Shown: piece by piece, positions 12,815-27,821 of the stretch
Numbering within the stretch: the stretch's first letter is position 1
How the letters are laid out: every line of letters begins with the position of its first letter
Assembly (NCBI GenBank): GCA_964016885.1
Contig: OZ024740.1
Span: 64,542,001-64,606,000, forward strand
DNA length: 64,000 nt
Reading direction: 5' to 3'
From: Eledone cirrhosa
Taxonomy: Eukaryota
The notes under the pieces: generated by a model
The model's input: only the letters and a program-made list of their open reading frames with translations
Told to the model about the DNA's origin: nothing
The model's database searches: none
Position numbers and translations under genes: made by a program

Positions 12815-13012
12815 ATTTTTTTAATATAAGGAACTTTTTCTTTGTTTATTCATTATTTTATTAATTTATCTTGACTCTGTTTTCCGTTTATTTTTCACCG
12901 AAAGTAGTTTTTGACTGCATCTTCTCTTTTCATGATATCCGGATTACATTGAGTTCTTCATACGGATTGGACACTACCGTAAACTTTTGTTAGATTTATC
13001 TACATATATATA

Positions 13013-13058
<46 letters not shown>

Positions 13059-13873
13059 CATTATACATTATACATACATATAACTATTGTAGGAATATAT
13101 ATACATATTATTTCTGACAAATCGTTGTTATAAACAAAATAAAGAAACGATTATTTCTGACGTAGGCGCTCTTTTACTACTGTGGAGTGAACTGAACAAG
13201 CACGGTCAATTCACTTGTTTAATAGAGGGTTATTTATACTGAGTGTAATCCATCCCATGACAATATAGTACTGCAGTGCTTAATGAGATATTATTATTAA
13301 ATGCTGAACCACTGATAGTCGCTTTGCCTTTCATACTTATGGGGTCGATAAAAGGAAGTACCTGTAACGTACTGGAGTCGAGTTGACTTTCCTCTCCACC
13401 AAAATTGTTGGTCTTGTGCCTCTATCTGAAACCATTTTAAACTGTTGGATTGAACAAATACTTTGGTTTAAGCATGTGGTGTATAAGCAGCGAGGAAACA
13501 CAGATAGGTACTTATTTTTTTATAGGATTCTACACAAACCAAAGTCCATATACGTATTCTATAGTGTTACATACTATAAGGCTGCGAACTTGCTGAGTAT
13601 TTGGAGTATCGGGCGGAATGGCTGGTTGCATACACATCACAAGATCAACTAAGTTATCATTTAATTTCTAAGATCGATTATACCTCCCTCTTTTTCTTAC
13701 TTTGTATCATAATTGACTGCGTTGCAGTCTGAGAAAAGTCGTGGAAGTGCCTTCACGTGGTCTTTATCTGAAGAAATACAGAAGGGTTAAAGGGGGGACT
13801 AACGACCTCTTCTTGTAGAAAGTCTGATCCTTAAGTGAAATTGCCCAAACTAATAACGGAGTATTGTGGAGGC

Positions 13874-14490
13874 CAGTGGTTTCCAAACTTTCTTTTTATC
13901 GCGGAACCCTCCTGCACATGAATTAAACTAGTAGTTGCGGAAGGTTGTGCTGCATGTTCAGCAATTTCTGTATCTTCTATAGAATATTTTGTTTCTGTAT
14001 TTCTTGTAATTTCAGTTCATTTACGAATTTCTTGTATTTTTAACCATCGATCCATTGAAGGGCTTTGAAAATACACATTTTAATAAAACTCAAAAATAAA
14101 CTCGTTGACAAGGAGCAAACATTTATTGATACAGGATACAGCACGTGCTCACCATGTGAGACTTGGTACCTATGTTACGTTTAAGAGAGAACTTAAATAT
14201 TCAAATGAGAGATTCAAATACGTAAGTTTATTGTAAAAAGTTATAAATCTGATTATAATTCTGAGTATTACACGGTGCTCACAGTACACCCTCAATAATG
14301 GAATACTACAACCCAACTGAACGATTTGGCTGAGAGCTCCGCAATGTAACACTCTTTGCATGTTCATATGGGGAGTATATACCGATCAAAGACGTTACAA
14401 ATTGTTAGTCTTTATTTTTATAGTAAACTTCAACTTGCGCCTTACGGAACCCCTGGCCTTTCTTCACGGAACCCACTTTGGGAACCACTG
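13874..14490. mobile_element. hAT (Charlie-like) MITE
   Basis: TIRs cagtggtttccaaa / tttgggaaccactg; 8-bp TSD gtggaggc / gtgtaggc (7/8 match); subterminal cggaaccc repeats. Confidence 0.85.
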
Positions 14491-16979
14491 GTGTAGGCAA
14501 TTGACATTAAAAAAATAATATAACATAGTGAAATCGCTGAATGGATTGCACTAGACCAAAGTAAAATTTATTATTTTATAGCAGTAAATGTATTCGAAAA
14601 CTGAAAACGATAATGCGATAAGGACATAGTATATTCTATTGTGTTAAGTTATAGCCTACTACTTCATTTTATTGCCACTGTACATCTAGAAACGTGTGTT
14701 CCTAGAATAGTAAAACATCATATATGTTTACAATCGTCAATCATTTTATGTGTATTTTTATATATGATCAGTATAATGTTAGGAGATGTTTGCCATTTGT
14801 CAACATGTTACAGAAGTTAATTTGATTCGAACTATACTAGCAATAGTTTCTGAAAGCAATAATACTAATGTTAGCAGAAACTGAATTCTACAAAGAGGCC
14901 GATTCAACAATGTATGTATATATTAAAGATCATGTATTATAATATGTTTATGCCCCACAAATCTAGTTTACTGGTTGACATGGCAAAACTCAAATAGCAA
15001 ACGGTATCAATACGTAACCGGTTGACAGATGGCTACGATAAATGGGTAGAAGAATGTCCTCAAGATTATCGATTTTACTTGATTAATTAAATTATATCTT
15101 CATGTATTATTTTCCTTTTAATTATAAAAATACATTTTATTAAGAAGGAGCTAGATTCTAACAAAGAATCAAAGTTCCGTCAGAGGAAATTGGATTATGA
15201 AAGTGTTATGTACTACACGCATATCTTTTACTGTTCCGTGTCAGATTGTATTTGCGAATTGTCTGTTAAATGGTTAACTTAATTACATGAATATCCTAGT
15301 CGTTTGAGTTTGTCACTTAGATATTGAATAATATAGCACTTTGTAAGAATAACGATCAGGATAAATGAAATTACTAATCCAGTCATGCAACTTGAATGAT
15401 TCGAGGCAATTGTTAATAAATATTGACTTTCTCACTGATATTTAGAAGAAATATTCACATCTGCAAGGCAACTGACCTCTACGTTTTCTTTATTCCTCAT
15501 ACTAACTATATAGCCAGGCTTGTTGTAGAAGGTATATTATGTTGATATATGATAAGAAATGTGGTCGAAAATAAAGGTTGGAAATAAAATGAAGACCAAT
15601 AAAGAAATACTACATAAAGAATATATAAAGAAGATACATAGAAATAAAAAAAAGAAAGAGAAAATAGGAAAACGTTAAAGAAGAGGAATCAATAGAAGGG
15701 GAAGAGATACAAAATAAAAAACAAACAAACAAAAAATGTGTGTGATGTGAAAAATACCAAGATGCGATAATACCAATGCCTATTATATACCACAAAATTG
15801 ATGGTTGTATAGAAATATTAAATAAATATGTTAAAATAAGAATGTAGCACACTATAAACGTCTAAAAGCAGAGAGAGCAAACTGATTCCAAGTAGTAATG
15901 TAGCTAATGAAATGGGGGTAGTAAGAAAGAAGAATAATTTTAGTGTTTCTAGTTACCAGCCACAAACCTCAACCGTAATCCAGAAGAATGGGCTTGCTTC
16001 CTGAGGAGGATAATTAAAAGGGTTATAACAAACGTACCCTCATAGTAGATAAAATAGTACTGCACGCTGGCTTACATTGTTACGTAACCAGGAGATGTGG
16101 TTGTAGAACCATTCTTCCAGCCGCTCATTTTGCGTTTATTTCATGTATGCTGGAAAGTTGTTTTAATCCTCATAGACGTATTTTTGCTAAAGTGTATTTC
16201 TATTTTATTCTGAATCTATGAGGTTTGCGGTAACTACCTGCATCATCCACAAATCACCACCCCTAATATTTGTTCTGCTCACCACTTTCAGAAGTTTGGT
16301 TCCAGAATGCACTCGAACAGTACCACTGCCGAATCTGATAGGTTATAAATAATACTCATGCCATGTGCCACCTTAACTAAAGCTATATTATAGTACTCTG
16401 AATTATCATTGCAGTTCTGCCGGTTAGCAGATAAGCTGGAGATTCTATCTGAGACACTCTTAACTTAGCCTTAGCAACTAATGTAGGGTGGTTGGGCTTA
16501 CCATTAACATACGTTCATGTTATTTTATTCATGTAATAGCTGTATGATGAGGTCGCAACTGTTACGCAACTGTTACCATCGAAATACGTATAAGTGGTTA
16601 TGCAACAAATAAATGAGTTAAACTCACTCTAACCTATTGACTTCGACCTCATTGTAATACCAATGTATACTTCGCCGGGTGCTTTATCCTGCGTAAAATA
16701 GTGTCGGTTGATTAACTAACACAAAATATGTCAAGTATATATGCATATACCTACACACACAGACTGCCCCCATATATATATATATACATATATATATATA
16801 TGTCTGTTATTGTGCATACCTTTGTTAATTGGGTCCTTGAATCAAGTTTCATTTTGCTACAAAGTATAAATCGTAGTCAATTGATGAATAGAAATCGATG
16901 ATAAAAGAGGATACATTAGAAGAGTCGATATGATAGACTAAAATGTTTGATTGTGGGGCAACCCAAATGTCACCAAACA

Positions 16980-17760
16980 AAGATTGAATATAAAAGTAGT
17001 ATTAAAAATGTGAATAATATTCATGTGAAACGTTGGTAAATGATCTTTATTTGCAATTTTTAGAATAATAAAACAAACAATTTTCCTGATCCCAATACCA
17101 GTCATAATACAAGTAATCATTTTAAACTACACAGAACATACTTTTTGTGTTGTTAGGAAATAGATTTCCCAATATCAGGAAAAATTATCACGTTCCAACG
17201 TATTTTCTCAAGTGGAAGATATCGAATATAAATAATAGAGACACTGGAATGGCAATAATTCTTTTTTTTACTAGGGAGTTCATTTCTAATACAAACTCTA
17301 TGCAATGTGAATAATGTATTCAACACAACCGTCAAATATTAAATCTATATCACAACGTCTTCTATATATAATTTCTTTCTCGTAGAAGCATATGTAAATG
17401 AAGTTATATACAATCGGAAATATGTTCAAAATCAGTTATTTTATTTATTCCGAATTCCATTTATATCCAGCAATTCATCACTGATTTAGATTTATTTCTA
17501 TTCGAAATGCTTCAAGCTAAAATTACATATGGGAATCTTACATTTATTTCCATCAACATTTACTACACAACTTCTTTTTCGAATATAAAGACAAATTCAA
17601 ATTCCAGGACCAAATATATTCCCCACACCAATTTCGATTTATCTATTTTCAATTACATAACTGTTTACCTTATGTCTGTTTACATTGTACAGCAACACCA
17701 ACAATCTAATGATACATGTAAAACAGAATTATATTTGACAATTCCGCTTTTTTGTTTTAG
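16980..17760 (-). pseudogene. Possible heavily decayed Cys-loop (nAChR-like / chemotactile receptor-like) receptor pseudogene
   Basis: Across frameshifts and stops: GIVKYNSVLHVSLDC..HCIEFVLEM..IIAIPVSLLFIF (M1-like), YLPLEKI..FLILGNLFPNNTKS (M2-like), MITCIMTGIGI..IVCFIILKI (M3-like), KIIYQRFT*ILFTFLILLLYSIFVW (M4-like). Judged by eye only. Confidence 0.35.
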
Positions 17761-19617
17761 TTTTAGTGTATTCATTTATAATATATTATTTGTTCACATT
17801 GAGGATTATATTTTCCGATAATGTTAAATTTTTTTCTTAGAATTATTATTTTCGTTATTATTACAACCAGTAAAGAGGCAGAATTCAGAGAGCGTCTCGC
17901 TAAAGGCCACGCTGTATTTATACCAGGTCTTTCCATTTGTAGTTAAAATCCTCCGAGATCAGCTTTACTCTTAAACTTTCCGAGACTGATAACAAAAACT
18001 ACTCGTATAGATATAATAGACTAAAACCTCCCCTTTAACCTTCTTGCCTTGTGCCAGTATTTAGAAATTATCTAGCGTGCTGGATCGGCAGAATAATTAG
18101 ATAGGTATTTAGATCCGCCTCTTTACGCTCTATGTCGATATCGAGCCGAGGCCACCTTTGCATTGTATCCTTCTGGAGTCGATAAAATAAAGTGTACCTC
18201 TGCTGACAAATGAAACGAAAAAGCGGGACAAATTGATAAGTGTTGTCCCATAGCTTTTTTCTTTGTTCTATTTATAATTTGCTTCAATGCAAGTTTTGTC
18301 GTAAATGATAGTGGCTGTTGTATTGTAATTGTGTTTTGATGGTCCAGTTATTTATACACTGTTGTTTCTATTGTCTTGGCATCTATTTTATTAAAGCTTA
18401 TCATGTGTTCTGGGCTAGTTGCTTTGTGTTGCGATTATTTCATTAGTTTGGGGAAGCCTATATGATTGCGTGATCGATGGTTTTGATTTACATCTTTTTC
18501 GTCTCTATAAATAATTACATCTATATAGCCGTGTGTGTTGCCTCTATAACACATTGTACGGTGATCTGTTGTATAATTGTAAAATTTGTTTTATTTCTGT
18601 GGATGGTAGCAATATGAGGTCTGTCACTTTTTTTTTTGCGTTTTTAACAGGATATCGCATCCTACGCAAATATTACATTAACTTCGTTGTATGCTTGCAT
18701 TACATTCACGCTACGACATTCACCAGAGTTTGTTTTTATTTGCTAACATCTTGAATATGTAAGATACAAGACAGTTGAACTTACTGGAGATGAGTGTCGG
18801 ATGATTATATATTTTTGTTAATTAATTTTCATTCCTGATTTGACGCAAATATCTAATTTAGTTTTGTGATTATGGTGTAGCATGTTTTTCTCCGCATATG
18901 TTATTTAGACAAATCATTTCCTTGTTTTTGCTGCTGCATTATATCTATTCTAATACACGGTCTTACATAACTGGGATATTTTGAAAAAATTAGATTCTTC
19001 TGATAAAATTGTATTTTAACGTAAAATTATTCCAAGCAATATCTTAATTTATTTCACTTATTAAATAAAAATTTATATTAATTTAGAGTGTTTCGAATTA
19101 AAATTAAAAATAAATAAAACTACAATATATCCATATTCACAAAATCACATAACTTGAATGAAATATTAAGCCCCCAGGACCTCTGAATTTTATGACTATA
19201 ATAATTCATATTCTGATGCTTGTCACATGAACTCCGAAATGTTTCTTTAAATGTTTGTTTACACCTACAGAAAATTTTTTTATTACATCTGTATTATATT
19301 TGGATTACATCTTTAAGTTGGAAACAAGAACTTTTAATATTTTAATAAGCTTAAAGCAATCCGATTGAAATATATACCTTTGTTCCTTACACAAAAAATT
19401 ATACATATCTATTTAATACCGAAAAATAGAATTGTGGGAAGAGGAGCCCTGGTTCATTGGAATCGGTAGAACGGTGGATAAAATATCATACGGTATACAA
19501 ATAACCTCATGTAACGTTTGTTTTAAGATTAGATCATAGCAGGATCGAGGAAATAAAGTACATTTAAATTAATGAGCCGACGTAGTCAATATCTCCCAAT
19601 ATTTATGATCGATAAGA

Positions 19618-19800
19618 CATCTTCTTCTTCTTCTTCTTCTTCTTCTTCTTCTTCTTCTTGAGAGGGTCGCGGGGGCAGAGTCCTCAAATACTCCTTCGAG
19701 CGGGCCCTGTCCAACTGATCCGGCTGGATCAACAAAGGAAGATACACATTAATTGGTGTCTCAGATACATTATAAAAAGATGGCGTGGGCCTGACTATAA
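19618..19800 (-). mobile_element. RTE-type LINE 3' end with (AAG)n tail
   Basis: Shares tccaactgatccggctggatc with 32030-32050; (CTT)n at 19620-19659. Confidence 0.7.
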
Positions 19801-21014
19801 GGTCTTTCTTTTTAGATTTTATTCAGATAATTATTACACATGGTTTATCATTATTTGTTTTGTATCTCTCTTTCAAGGCAAAATTACCATACATTTGAAG
19901 TTTTGGCCTATTGTACTACGACCTATGGACCTACTGTAGTAGTACAGTTGTAGTAGTACAATATTTTTGTGTAATAGTACTTGACTGGTAAAGTCGTCTT
20001 TGCAGGAACTAAATGAAGAGCGTAATAAGGCGTAAGAAAATCACCGAAAGAGATTTAAAGGCGGTGGTTTAGATGAAGAGTTAAAACACCATACTTGCAA
20101 CCTTTAGCTTAATCCTTTAATTTTCTGTGTTCAAATAAAGCCGGCGTCAACTCCGCCTGCACTCCGTTTGCAGTGGATAATATTTATAATGTATATTCAA
20201 GACCTGGGTTCAATTACACTGACATATACCGGTGTCTCCTGGCTTCAATACTTTGAAGCCTTGCTAGAGCATAGCTCAATCACTGAAAATATTAAAAGAA
20301 ATAATTGTTCTTGATTTCTTGTTCAGCGTGACATCTGAATGAAATAAACGTCATATAGTAAGTGCTGTCACTGTCTCAGATAATACCACTACTGTCTTTA
20401 AACTTAAGAAAAAACAGTTGTAGTTATGCGATGTCTGAGAAAAGGACTTATTCACATGTAAAGCTTTGATGCTAGATCTACTTCAATAGAGTTGAATTTG
20501 GGCAGTTAGAAACAAAATATCTGTCAATTATCAATTATATTGTAGAAAAAGTTTCGATCGGATTAGTTATCGGATTAGTTACGCGCAAAAATACTTGATA
20601 ATTCATGCCTCCAGTTCCACATGTATAAAACATAAATGTAAGATAAGCAGCTGTTGCTAATGCAGTTTTATTGTTAACGGATAATCGGAGGCTTTGTTTT
20701 ACATTTATGCGCTTATATTTCAGAGTAGGTCAAATCTATTGTGTATATGCTATTATAGCCAGTTGGTAGCTACATATTCCTCCGTATATATTAATGGAAT
20801 TGTCTGATAGTATTTACCAATACGGATATTTTGTTCAAATTGTAAACATTTGTAACAGAACTTTGTACTGCGAGAGAAAGAGTTCACATATTTTGTAAAT
20901 TTCAACGTGAGGGTAAATCCGTTCAATATTGGACCCATATTAAAGCCTAAATATATCTAGATTGCACAGAGGTGACGCATCTTTTATATATATATATATA
21001 TATATATAAAGTCT

Positions 21015-21282
21015 GTCTTAAGCCAGAAGGCTCATTTGGCCGGTGCTTATCCCGGTTTCATGGCGTGGAGCGACTGAGAGCACAAGACTCCCCCCAGGAC
21101 TGGACGCCAGTCCACCACAGGGTTAAACCTCCAGCTATTGCTGGTACTCATTTTCAGCTGAGTATACTAGAGCAACGTGAAATGAAGTGTTTTGCTCAAG
21201 AAGACAACACGCAACCCAAGAATCGAGCCCACGACATTATGATCGTAAGTCCAACACCCTTACCTCTAGACCACGTGTGCCT

Positions 21283-21285
<3 letters not shown>
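21015..21285 (-). mobile_element. tRNA-derived SINE with CORE-like central domain
   Basis: Minus strand: A-box-like gtggtctagagg, B-box-like ggctcgattc, then gtgttgtcttcttgagcaaaacactt..cacgttgct shared with 30545 and 35372; the tail differs. Confidence 0.75.
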
Positions 21286-21381
<96 letters not shown>

Positions 21382-21777
21382 TATATATATATATTAGAAT
21401 TTCCTTTTTCGGATTATATTACTGTGAGAGCACTGGTTTTCTGTTGAGCTCTGCTGATGAATGAAATCCAACCGTGACCATCTCCACTGAAAGTTTTCAT
21501 GAAATAGTCTTTTAAGACTATACAGAGCATTTGATGTTATTCCAAATTGAAGGATAAGTGTTTCAAACTTTATTTTATCATGAGTTAAAGGTCTATAGAT
21601 TTTTCCCTGGATTTCACTAAATCTGTGGATGAATTTATATCCTGATTCTCTTTTGAGATGAGTTTGAGTTATTTTTCCTAAATCTTTCGTTAACTACTTT
21701 TCCCATCTTGACGTTATAGTCGCATATATGTTATAGAATGCCGTTAGCTTCTTGCTAAAACAATCTCTATACCTCTC

Positions 21778-22880
<1,103 letters not shown>

Positions 22881-22925
22881 CGTAAAATAAGAAAATTATA
22901 AAATTAACTTACTTACTAAAATTTC

Positions 22926-23008
22926 ACTCCCAACTAATTAGTTTCTGAAAGGGAATAAACATACTTTCCGAAGAAGTGTACGGAGAAGCCTTTCGTCATC
23001 AGGGAAGT
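22926..23008 (-). ncRNA. Hammerhead ribozyme (inverted copy)
   Basis: Reverse complement of 23510-23592. Confidence 0.8.
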
Positions 23009-23509
23009 CTATTCTCAGCTAAGTTTCCAGGCAATACGCGGACACAGGGAACTTATACAAAAATAATTCAGTTGATGGAAAAAAGCAAAGCGTGGACTAA
23101 ATTCCAAGCCATTGAGAAAATCACTGCCTACTGCGTCGGTGGCAATTTCAAAAGAATCAATCACGTGACATCGAGGTCAATCAGTGGAGAGTGGTTTGTT
23201 AAGAAGACAGCAGCCGGTCTGTTACTATAGCAGCAGTTTTGGCCAATTTTTGCTCGACAAATAATTTGGAGATAATTATGAAAATTAGTATATCTAGTAA
23301 CATATATATACACAGATGCATACTTATGCTAGCAAATATATAGGTTTTGTCACGTGATTGATTCTTTTGAATTTGCCACCGACGCAGTAGGCAGTGATTT
23401 TCTCAATGGCTTGGAATTTAGTTCACGTTTTGCTTCTTTCCATCCACTGAATTATTTTTGTATAAGTTCCCTGTGTCCACGTATTGCCTGGAAACTTAGC
23501 TGAGAATAG

Positions 23510-23592
23510 ACTTCCCTGATGACGAAAGGCTTCTCCGTACACTTCTTCGGAAAGTATGTTTATTCCCTTTCAGAAACTAATTAGTTGGGAGT
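23510..23592 (+). ncRNA. Hammerhead ribozyme, canonical core
   Basis: acttcc-CTGATGA-cgaaagg..cctttca-GAAA-ctaattag-TT-gggagt. Confidence 0.85.
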
Positions 23593-23756
23593 GAAATTTT
23601 AGTAAGTAAGTTAATTTTATAATTTTCTTATTTTACGTCTCTCACATTATTGTTCTGCAACCCCATGCATTGAACCACAAAGTTACTAAGACAAAACCTA
23701 TATATTTGCTAGCATAAGTATGCATCTGTGCATATATATGTTACTAGATATACTAA

Positions 23757-23814
<58 letters not shown>

Positions 23815-23855
23815 ATTCAAAATATTAACAAAATAGATATTATTGTGATCAAATA

Positions 23856-23922
23856 TATTATATTATACATATTTCAGAGGTACTGAGTTGAGTTCAACAG
23901 TACGTCCTCATCAGATAAAATA
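23856..23922 (-). ncRNA. Hammerhead ribozyme, canonical core
   Basis: tattttat-CTGATGA-ggacgtactg..cagtacctct-GAAA-tatgta-TA-atataata. Confidence 0.7.
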
Positions 23923-25870
23923 AGATATAAGATGATGCATGACAACCCTGACATAGTAGATTGTTAAGATTCAGCCATGGTAGTGATTAACATATGACAA
24001 AACTCAATATTTATACCCTAATATTGAGAACATGAGAAAAATATATAATACAAACAATAGAGAGTGTGCGTGTAATACAGCTTAAAAAATACATGGCATC
24101 AATATTTTTTTTATAACTACTGAAGAAAGATAAAAGAAAAGAAAGCATAGAGGAAGAAGCAGCTGATGTGATAATATATTTAGTAGGTGCCTCGAAAAAC
24201 AAATGAAAGATGATTAAAGAGAGTGAGAGACAAAGGGGAGTAATTTATGTTGAAGTTTATAGACAATTATCCATATATGCAATATATAGCCACATTTATT
24301 TAGTTGACAGTTAATATTCAAAATATTTAATTTAAGTTATTCAGAGTAATGAATAATATTTTAGGTTTTAAACGTTAATAGGTATTTGTATTAATATTAT
24401 ATTATACTATCAAGTTTAATTTCTAAAATTCAAATTTTATGAAAACAAATTTAAAGGATTTACGAAACACGAGAAAGAAATATATAATGCTTTTATACCC
24501 TCACGAATGTAATCCTTACCAAAATTATTTATAATATTGACAACAGTTTATATAATATAATTTATAAAATAATTATAGTTATAATTATTAAATAATTTAT
24601 GATTAAATAGTTTGAGTGCCTAAAGGATCAAACGGCCTTATTACTAAACTTAAAGAAATCTCAATTTTTAATTATATATATGTGTTAATCAAAAGATATA
24701 CAAGGATTATAATGTCTAAAGTCTTAAGATGATAGCTTTCAAACATATAGTAAATAAGTTACTGAAAATATTGTTAAAAAAATATATTTAGTTAAAATAT
24801 ATTGTTAAAAAATATTGTTAAAAAATTAATGTTTTATATCAATTATTTTCATTTAGTTGATATATACTATAAACATATAAGTCAAAACTACATGTGTCCT
24901 AATGATAGGGGCTAGACACAAAATAAATATAAAAATAAAAATAAAAAATAATGAATTGTTTGCGAAACTTAAAAATGCCCAATTTTAAAAATATATTATA
25001 AATGTAATAGGGTTTTAATATATAGTAGACAAAAGATACGTCTAAAATATTTTAGCGAATGTGATAGAAAGAGGAGCTAACTATTTGAAAAGCCGAAGGT
25101 GATCTAAATTTAATTAAAATAAATTAAATTAAATTAAATTATATTAAATTAAGTAAAGATCATTATATAAATTCGAACTTCCAGGGAATATCAAACACTT
25201 ATAACAATATAGAGTCATTTGAGTATCTAAATTATTTATAAGTTAAACTACGTGTATGTTATTACACTAGATAAACATATTTGTACAACTATATAAAGAT
25301 ATTATTATAGGTATTAATGAAACGGTATACATTTAATAAATCAATAATTATAATCATTATTAGTAATGCTATAATTGTAGTTTTCTCTCCAGTTCAGTGG
25401 AGAGAGAGACCAATATTTTTCGACTATTATGGTTTGTTATATTTATACCTAGATATATATAAAAAATAAATAAATGCAAATCTAACTTTCTGAGTCCCCA
25501 AAACATACCAAAATGAGTAAAATATGCAAACGCATGAATGATCTACAGTTCAATTATAATCGGTAAATTTACAAGTTAAATATCCAAATTATATATTTAA
25601 AACAGAGACAGATAAATAAACATCCGAATCAAAATTATAAATATCTAAAAAAAAACTAAGGTGTGCATATTTATCAAGTAAAGAAGTTATCAAAAGAGGA
25701 TCCTTCATTCTAACATTAATTCTATCATAAACCGTTATGACTTTTTATGCCCAACAGTTGATAAGAGACGTAAAAAATTATATATATATATGTATATAAA
25801 GAAAAAGAGATGAAATCGAAAATGCAACTGAAGTCTTATTTTTTTTAAAAATATATATATTTATTTGGTT

Positions 25871-25908
25871 CCTTTACCGGTTTCGCAGTTCTTCTGCTTT
25901 TCAAAAGG
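25871..25908 (-). ncRNA. Minimal hammerhead (U3-A8 variant)
   Basis: Reverse complement of 46638-46675. Confidence 0.8.
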
Positions 25909-26700
25909 TGAGTTGAGATGGAGGGTCTGTGGTTTTTCTCACATCTGGTTGGTCTCTAAATGTTACTTGTTTTATATGGAAAAAGTGGCTCGAAAGCCAG
26001 GTTTTTCGAGAAGTAATTTGATTGGTTTGTCAATAATTATAATAAATTTCACGCCAGTTCGCGTTACAATAGTTCTTCGAATAAGAGAGGGAGGGGGGTG
26101 TCACAGGTTGTTTTTTCATATATGAGTGTTTGAATTTCTTTTTACTTGAAAAAAGGAGGCTCACGAAGGCTTTTTTTTGGTTGGTTATAAATGAAATTTG
26201 GCTGTAACGTGAACAAGTTTTCATTACATTTTTGCGCCCTTATTTGGAAAACTATTCTGTAGTCTTTATAGTGAATGTTATGACAATGGAGAGATAGTGG
26301 TCAAGGGAAAAGGGATTGGGAGAAATGTTCTGGTTTAGTGAATATGGCCAGCTGTCAGAGTTCAGGTGTCAGAGTTCAGATTTTCTATTGAGACTGAAGA
26401 TATGTGTTTAATTGTGTGCTTGTGTGTGTGTATATGTGTGTGTGTATGTGTGTATTGGAAGATGATTCTATTAGTAGAGATGGGGGAGGGAGTTGTGTGT
26501 GTGTGTATATGGGTGTTATGTGTGTGTGTGCGAGTATGTTAAGATGGAGAGAATATATATTTTGTGTGTGTGTATATATATATGTGTAGGAAAGTGGTTC
26601 TATTAGTAGAAATGGCGAGGGAGTTGTAGGTGTGGGGGTTGTTATGTGTGTGTATGGGTGTTATGTGTGTGGGAGTATGGTTAGCATGTTAAGATGAAGA

Positions 26701-26735
<35 letters not shown>

Positions 26736-26943
26736 GTGTGTGTGTATGTGTGTGTGTAGGAAAGTGATTCCTTTAGTAGGAATATTTTTGAATGAACATA
26801 TTTTCCTGACTTTTTCGTGTTTGCTGTTGTATTGCCAGTGCTAACGTATGTTAAGGTTTATTTAGTTCGGGTTTTTATTTTCTAAAGTAGAAGGTGTTAT
26901 GTGTGTATGTGTATGTCATATTGTGGTGTTGACATAATATATA

Positions 26944-27751
26944 TTAAACCTTATTTAATGTTGGTCTATATTTTTGAATAAAGATATTTTCCTTATTTAT
27001 TCGCATTTGTTCTGTTGTATTGTTAGCGCAAAGGTAAAATGGGAAGACTTGGAATTTGGGTGTCTTATTACTTGCGCAAATGTCTAGATGTGCACTTAGT
27101 GGTATCTGTCTCGTGGTTGGATCTCGTAATTGTTGGCGATGAACTGTCATTCTGTTTCTGAGTGTGAGTTTAGTTTGTCCTATATAATCTTCATTGCATC
27201 CTTTACATTTAATGGCATAAATTAGATTTTTTGATGAGCAAGTGAAGTGATTTTTTACAGTAAAATTTTGTCCTGATTTAAATGTATACGTGTTGCCTTC
27301 AATGAGGTGAGTGCAGGTTCCACAATTAGAGCGACCACATTTTTTGATACTTGCTTGTGGGTTTGTGGTAGGTAATTTGGCATTGGTGAGTAATGTTTTC
27401 AGTGATTTTGGTTGTCTTTTGCTTTTGATTATTTTGTGTGTTTCAAGGCCTTTTTTCATTCTTGGGTTTTGTTTTAGTAGTTGAATAGTGTTGTAAGCTT
27501 CCGCATTTCTTGGGTTGTGTGTTGAGATATATGATAGAATATTGGACGTACCTTGAATTTGTTTCTGTTTCCGTAATTCATCAATGCCTATTGCTTTAGC
27601 CCTTTCTATTCCATTATTTATTAGTAATAGTGGGTACTCTCTCTCAAGTAGAATTTCCTTTAATTCTTGAAGTCTTTTATTTCGCGTTTCATAATTGGAG
27701 ACAATTGTGCAAATTCTTCTTGCTAGGTTAAAAGGAATGTTCGTCTTCGTG

Positions 27752-27755
<4 letters not shown>
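26944..27755 (-). pseudogene. PLE RT thumb, Cys linker and GIY-YIG endonuclease fragment
   Basis: CGRSNCGTC, NLIYAIKCKGCNEDYIGQT, RMTVHR, E..FI...P.LN. Confidence 0.9.

Positions 27756-27821
<66 letters not shown>

Larger units (their letters stand above)
9181..13002 (+). mobile_element. Hairpin PLE with long inverted arms (~1.65 kb left, ~2 kb right), EN only
   Basis: 9181-10834 is inverted relative to 10909-12868; each arm has a GIY-YIG ORF and an HHR; (TA)n flanks. Confidence 0.9.
25795..27755 (-). mobile_element. 5'-truncated Neptune-like PLE, sibling of 42209-46750
   Basis: Near-identical to ~42270-44262; 12-bp deletion near 27480; (TA)n at the truncated end. Confidence 0.92.
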
